Below are positions 27,491 through 32,000 of a DNA stretch of 32,000 nt, piece by piece (positions within the stretch are counted from its first letter, which is position 1; the number at the start of each line of letters is the position of its first letter). The position numbers were made by a program, and so were the translations under genes. Under the pieces are notes generated by a model, which was not told where the DNA came from, searched no databases, and was given only the letters and a program-made list of their open reading frames with translations. The stretch is from Fastidiosibacter lacustris (GTDB taxonomy: Bacteria > Pseudomonadota > Gammaproteobacteria > Francisellales > Francisellaceae), in NCBI RefSeq assembly GCF_003428155.1, contig NZ_QLIR01000006.1:1-32000 (forward strand), in the 5' to 3' direction.

Positions 27491-28204
27491 TCATCTTGAC
27501 TTAGATGAGGTTGCCTGTTTTGTATATTTAAACATATTGACCACATGATGCAGACCATTGCTACTCACTACATCGACTACATATTCGTCACCATAAATAA
27601 GCTTTTGAACCAAAACTTCTTGATTTATGTTGCCAGAATAATCAACTTTACCTAATAAGTTCTCACAGGCAGTTCTAATTTCATTTTCATTATGACAAAA
27701 ATGAACACCTTCCGTGCCAAATGACATTATTGGTTTGACAACAATGTCTGTTAACTTTTGAGTTTTTATCCACTCAAGTATTTGATCAATAGATGATGAT
27801 TTAAAAGATGGAATATGGCAAATACCGTCATTCCGTAGCTGTTCCATCATCAGATATTTATCTCTTCTTGCACGACTCTTTTTCACATCATTAGGTGACA
27901 GATTCCAGCAATTGGATAATACGTCAAATACAAGTACACCAGGCTCTGAGCCACAGACAATGTATTCTGGCGGACCTCCAAGCACACGTTCAATTTCAAT
28001 TATCATTTCATCAATAGAGTCATTTAGCGTAAAAATCTCTGTAAAATCAGTCTTCCTAAGACCTGATAAAAGAAGCTGTGGTAATTTTGTATTTGTGATT
28101 AACGCCAAACAATTGTAGCCATATTTCTGTTTGATTCTTTCGGAAAATTGTGCCCCACTTGAAAATGGGTCTACTATGAGTACTGTTGGTCTGATAGAAG
28201 ACAT
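27491..28204 (-). CDS. ATP-grasp protein, N-terminal + central domains only (C-terminally truncated?)
   Basis: Pre-ATP-grasp and central domain features: TVLIVDPFSSG, RRDKYLMMEQL, IVVKPIMSFGTEGV, LVQKLIYGDEYVVDV. It stops after about 237 aa with no Mg-ATP E-x-N/R motif. The ATG at 28204 (MSSIRP) has RBS GAGAGG and lies 4 nt after the MFS stop; it is preferred over the ORF-track start at 28249. Confidence 0.65.
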   Translation of the reverse strand: MSSIRPTVLIVDPFSSGAQFSERIKQKYGYNCLALITNTKLPQLLLSGLRKTDFTEIFTLNDSIDEMIIEIERVLGGPPEYIVCGSEPGVLVFDVLSNCWNLSPNDVKKSRARRDKYLMMEQLRNDGICHIPSFKSSSIDQILEWIKTQKLTDIVVKPIMSFGTEGVHFCHNENEIRTACENLLGKVDYSGNINQEVLVQKLIYGDEYVVDVVSSNGLHHVVNMFKYTKQATSSKSR

Positions 28205-28208
28205 GGCA

Positions 28209-29405
28209 TTACCTCTCAACTTGATTTGTTTGTTCTTTCTCTTTGACAAAATACAATGCTATCGCACCACACAATGCCATAATTGCAGAATAGATTAGCG
28301 CTTTTGCCCAATCTTGGTTTTGAAATAACTCACCGTAAATCATCGCAGCAAAAGCCCCACCAAGATAGAATGACAATTGCCTAATACTGGAAGAGATTAA
28401 TATACGATTATTATCAAAGCCAGAGATTGTTAATGTGTCGAGCAATGGCATCAATGCGTAATTAAGTATCAAACGCCCAAAATAAAGAGAGATGAACACA
28501 GCAAATGGTAATAATAATGACTGTAAAAGTAACACTGAAAAGGTTATCACCCCAATTAGCAACAATATTCTTTTAAGGTTGTATTTTTTGACGAGAACAG
28601 GTGCACACAAAGCACCGAATATACTAACTATTTTATCTAAACCAAGCACTGCAGAAGCCTCGGTCACATCTAACGAATATGCCTGGTTGAATAAAATATT
28701 GGCAAATCTAAAAACCAAAGTAATAGATCCACCCAATAAAAACGCTGCGATAAATAGCATTAATAAATTACGCCATTCCAAAGCATTCGGAGTATTGCCA
28801 AATGCCGTTTTATCTTCTAATTCTCTAACACCATTAACAGAATGAAAGCGAACAAACACCATAAGCAGCGCAGATAGAGATGCCACCAATAAAACACCGC
28901 AGTAGTTATACTGTGGTTCAAATGGAGAGTATTTAGTTACTATTACAACAATAAATGAGGCTAGCATTGCAGCGCCCAGGTAAAAAACAAAAAAGTAGCT
29001 GAACATTTTTGTTTTATTATCACCTGCATGTGCGCCAAACAATGAATTACCCGTTGATAAGACTGCTATCATTCCTGATAATATCAATCCTAGGGCTATA
29101 GAGTTTGAATTAACAGTGGTACAAAATGGCAAAGCCAGAAATGAAATGGCATATACAATTGACGATATCAATAATAATTTTTTTACTGAAATCTTTCTAC
29201 TCGCGATCATTAGAGGGACTACCGCCGCAGACATCATAAACATAGAAAAAGCGTAAATTTGTCCAGTACCTACTTTGTCAATGTTGTTTGCCTCTAAATA
29301 GAAATTATAAACTGCATCAAACAGACCATTACTGAATCCCATAACCCCTGTTGCTAGCAAAAACAATTGTACCGGTCTATCAAAGGTAAAAAATAATTTA
29401 ACCAT
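28209..29405 (-). CDS. MFS transporter
   Basis: 398-aa ORF with about 12 hydrophobic segments. AGGAA RBS upstream. Embedded in the AurF-like operon. Confidence 0.8.
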   Translation of the reverse strand: MVKLFFTFDRPVQLFLLATGVMGFSNGLFDAVYNFYLEANNIDKVGTGQIYAFSMFMMSAAVVPLMIASRKISVKKLLLISSIVYAISFLALPFCTTVNSNSIALGLILSGMIAVLSTGNSLFGAHAGDNKTKMFSYFFVFYLGAAMLASFIVVIVTKYSPFEPQYNYCGVLLVASLSALLMVFVRFHSVNGVRELEDKTAFGNTPNALEWRNLLMLFIAAFLLGGSITLVFRFANILFNQAYSLDVTEASAVLGLDKIVSIFGALCAPVLVKKYNLKRILLLIGVITFSVLLLQSLLLPFAVFISLYFGRLILNYALMPLLDTLTISGFDNNRILISSSIRQLSFYLGGAFAAMIYGELFQNQDWAKALIYSAIMALCGAIALYFVKEKEQTNQVER

Positions 29406-29439
29406 CGCAGCAATTCCTAATTATTTACATTTATAAGTG

Positions 29440-30006
29440 TCAGATTTTGTATCCATTTTTTGCCTCAAGATTGTTACCTGAGAGTGTGACAATCAGCTGC
29501 TCTCCCATCAGCCATTCTCCATATCCTGCTGCAGTATTAATGTGCCCTGCATTTTCAATCATCACAGAATCAGAACCCCATGCCTTTGAAAAAACCAAGG
29601 CTCTATCTACAGACAGATATTCATCATTATTGCTATAAACAACAGTCGAATTGAATGATAACTTCTTCAAGGGAATTGGTCCTTGAATTTTAATTTCATT
29701 TGGAGCATGACTTGATTCAACGTCAGCTGGAGCAACCAGTAGTGCCCCAGTCACCCGTGAATTGGTATACTTCGCTGCCCATTGAGCAATAGTGATCGCG
29801 CCACAACTATGACCAACAAGAAACATCTCACTGGAGACTGATTCAATCGTTTTTTGTAGACCATCAATCCATTTATCGCGCACTGGACTTTCCCAGTTTT
29901 CTTGCTCGATGCGGACTACGTTTTTGTATTTTTTCTCTATGATCGATTGCCAATGCTCAGGTCCTGAATTCGTATATCCTGGAACAATGATGATCGTTGT
30001 TGTCAT
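29440..30006 (-). CDS. Small alpha/beta serine hydrolase (YdeN/RBBP9-like)
   Basis: 188-aa ORF. N-terminus TIIIVPGYTNSGPEHWQS, nucleophile elbow LVGHSCG, C-terminal ENAGHIN (His). The start overlaps the upstream stop (ATGA at 30003-30006). Confidence 0.75.
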   Translation of the reverse strand: MTTTIIIVPGYTNSGPEHWQSIIEKKYKNVVRIEQENWESPVRDKWIDGLQKTIESVSSEMFLVGHSCGAITIAQWAAKYTNSRVTGALLVAPADVESSHAPNEIKIQGPIPLKKLSFNSTVVYSNNDEYLSVDRALVFSKAWGSDSVMIENAGHINTAAGYGEWLMGEQLIVTLSGNNLEAKNGYKI

Positions 30007-30818
30007 AATGCGTTACTCCTCATTGTTTCTAATTGGTTTATTGTTAAATTTATACCAAATTTGTTTTTAATTAAGCAAAAGATATCTTCTTCACTATCTA
30101 TATCTTGTGTACTAATAAGGGTGTCTTTTACTTCAGTATATGTTTTATTACGAATGCTTATTCTGCCATTTTTTGTTGGTAAGCTTGCTACTCGATTTGT
30201 TTTCAATAGACTCTTATTTGATGTCATTGTGTAATGGTATGCCATTTCAATATCTTCTGATGTTGCTAAGTGATCATAAAAACTGTAGATCACCTCCCAA
30301 TCAGCGTCAGGTTTGATGTTTTCTTTTATAGATACAATCCATCCATAAATATTATTTTTTTGGATTTTAGTTGAATGAAATGAATACTCCGCGACTGTAC
30401 CATGTTTTAGTAAGATCGGCATTCTTGGACCCTTGGCACCGAAGCCAATATCAAATAACCAGTTTTGACCTTCCAGTTCAACAATGAAAATTTGATGCGT
30501 AGCAGGAGTTAAAACTGGCGTATGGACTCTTGCCAGATATTTCCTGTATTTAAAACCAATTTCATCAAATGCATTTGCCATAAGCATACAAGTTTCAAAG
30601 CAAAGTCCGCCTTTCTTTTGCCTTATTATTCTGTCACTAATGAAGTCGTGATTTAAGCCAAATTTTTGATTAAATTGCATTTCAAAATTTTCGAATGGCA
30701 CATTATAAATGTGTGCTTTATGCAGCATAAATAGCCCTTCTTTATTGGCTTCAATTGGCTGATTAATATTTATTCTTTCTAAATACTGCTTTATGTTAAA
30801 AATCACAACCATCTCCAA
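30003..30818 (-). CDS. Arylamine N-acetyltransferase (NAT) family protein
   Basis: 271-aa ORF. The Cys-His-Asp triad sits in NAT context: KKGGLCFE (Cys), ATHQIFIVEL (His), WLFDIGFG (Asp, 15 residues after His). The ORF-track start at 30818 is TTG and abuts the upstream stop; an alternative ATG lies at 30812. Confidence 0.8.
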   Translation of the reverse strand: MEMVVIFNIKQYLERININQPIEANKEGLFMLHKAHIYNVPFENFEMQFNQKFGLNHDFISDRIIRQKKGGLCFETCMLMANAFDEIGFKYRKYLARVHTPVLTPATHQIFIVELEGQNWLFDIGFGAKGPRMPILLKHGTVAEYSFHSTKIQKNNIYGWIVSIKENIKPDADWEVIYSFYDHLATSEDIEMAYHYTMTSNKSLLKTNRVASLPTKNGRISIRNKTYTEVKDTLISTQDIDSEEDIFCLIKNKFGINLTINQLETMRSNAL

Positions 30819-31904
30819 CTAATGTATTATTTCCAGATCATTCTTATGAAAATAGGACGCGATATCGCAGCCCAATCCCTCAGCAAGCTTGACAGGTCCA
30901 CTATAGTCAATAGTGTCAATCTGCTTTGTTTCTAGTTCGCTAATTTCACTAAGCATTTCCCTGTGGTTTGGAAAATTAATTTCATTCAGGACGAATCCCC
31001 ACAATCGCAACTCTTTGGAGGCAAACCATCTGATCGCACAAGGTAGCATGCTTAAGTAATATTCTTGTTGCTCTTTACTCAAGTTTGGGAATATTTTTTT
31101 CATGATTCCCGTGAATAAATTCGCGTGAGCAAGCTCATCTTTGCGGTGTGCGTCTATGGTCATTCTGCAGAAACTATTTATGCTCATATCTTTTGATAAG
31201 ACATCAAGGTACGAACTTATTAATGTTTCTGAAACACTTGCAGTTGCCAATCTGAGAAGCATGTTTTTTTGTTGATCATTTTGTTCGTTTATAACTTTTT
31301 TCTGTGAAAAAATTAAATCGTATTCTGGCAGAACAATTTTTCCCAAATTTCTTTCAACAGAGACTATGTTGCAGGCATTAACCGCCATGAGTGTGTGATA
31401 AGTCTCATCAACATAGGTTTCAGAAGCAATCTTCTTTGACAGGTAGTCTGTTGCCCCAGGGATTTTTTCTAGTATTATTGCTTCTAATACCGGATTGATG
31501 ATTTCTACTTCTATATGTATTGTTTTTTGATTATAAATAATCCATGCCCATGATAGGACATGTGACTTAAATTCCTTAGATGCGCTCTGCCAATGTGGGT
31601 GGTGATAGAAAGGTAGCAGTGTTTCATTGTAATCCTCTTTTCCATTATCGAAACATGCTTGGTAAGCATCATTGCTCTTGTCATTTTTAACTACAGCTCG
31701 TTTTTCCCAATGCTTTGAAAGCATATATAACGTCTTTTCAATGATATTTGCTGTTGGTGAATTACGATTATTCTGAGAACTCCCCATTTCTTCTATATCC
31801 CTTTTGTTTTCTGGGTTTAAGAGGAGTGCTTCATCACCCTCTATCCCAGTATTTGCCATGCTTGTGAGTATTCTTGGAGAGTTTTCAGAACTATTGTTCG
31901 ACAT
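30819..31904 (-). CDS. AurF/CmlI-like diiron arylamine N-oxygenase
   Basis: 361-aa ORF. Carboxylate/His ligand pattern: E (HIEVE), 35 residues on ExxH (DETYH), 59 residues on E (SVSETL), 27 residues on HxxxExxH (DAHRKDELAH). This reproduces the seven-ligand spacing I recall for AurF (E101, E136, H139, E196, H223, E227, H230). RBS GAGG upstream. Confidence 0.75.
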   Translation of the reverse strand: MSNNSSENSPRILTSMANTGIEGDEALLLNPENKRDIEEMGSSQNNRNSPTANIIEKTLYMLSKHWEKRAVVKNDKSNDAYQACFDNGKEDYNETLLPFYHHPHWQSASKEFKSHVLSWAWIIYNQKTIHIEVEIINPVLEAIILEKIPGATDYLSKKIASETYVDETYHTLMAVNACNIVSVERNLGKIVLPEYDLIFSQKKVINEQNDQQKNMLLRLATASVSETLISSYLDVLSKDMSINSFCRMTIDAHRKDELAHANLFTGIMKKIFPNLSKEQQEYYLSMLPCAIRWFASKELRLWGFVLNEINFPNHREMLSEISELETKQIDTIDYSGPVKLAEGLGCDIASYFHKNDLEIIH

Positions 31905-32000
31905 ATGTTTACCTCATGGAATTGTTATTACAGCCTGCTATTTTTACTCTTCAATGAAGCATCTAAATCCCTTGTGCAATTATATATGGTTTTATAATAT

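Noticed and set aside
27912-29638. Plus-strand ORFs 27912-28118, 28492-28845 (117 aa) and 29447-29638
   Set aside because: They are antisense to the ATP-grasp, MFS and hydrolase genes of the tightly packed operon, with no independent support.
1-32000. Scan for CRISPR arrays, tRNA/rRNA genes, IS elements, integrases and toxin-antitoxin pairs
   Set aside because: I saw no regularly spaced direct repeats, no cloverleaf-like GC-rich islands in the intergenic regions, and no transposase, integrase or recombinase-like ORFs on either strand. A by-eye scan cannot exclude small ncRNAs.

Overview
AT-rich (mid-30s % GC by eye) gammaproteobacterial chromosome segment. Its gene content suggests a Legionellales- or Francisella-like, host- or amoeba-associated organism, but that taxonomy is inference only. 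I find about 27 credible protein genes and 2-3 gene remnants. I saw no rRNA, tRNA, CRISPR array, IS element, transposase or integrase.

Left part (0.3-17.4 kb): two tandem secreted GH18 chitinases of different architecture, a flavin amine oxidase, an AbgT-family transporter and a secreted HAD-like protein. Then comes the housekeeping prfB-lysS pair; prfB has its programmed +1 frameshift, which the ORF track splits. These are followed by an MFS pump, an ogt remnant, a WbuC-cupin/ChrA pair, ttcA and a class I O-methyltransferase.

Right part (17.4-32 kb) looks accessory and compositionally mosaic:
(i) A decayed FAD/NAD(P)-binding oxidoreductase gene (G8 frameshift plus internal deletion), translationally coupled to an intact ATP-grasp ligase and an EntS-like MFS exporter.
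(ii) A 330-aa ORF whose N-terminus is a degenerate Rab-type small GTPase. Rab family motifs are kept but the P-loop and DxxGQ are destroyed, so it is a eukaryote-like candidate effector.
(iii) A five-gene minus-strand redox operon: FAD oxidoreductase, cytoplasmic FG-GAP propeller, two SDRs, MFS.
(iv) A tightly packed five-gene minus-strand operon: AurF-like diiron N-oxygenase, arylamine N-acetyltransferase, YdeN-type serine hydrolase, MFS, and a C-terminally short ATP-grasp. This is my best candidate for an undescribed small-molecule pathway (N-oxygenated arylamine or aryl-hydroxamate).

All functional calls rest on motif recognition by eye; no database search was possible.
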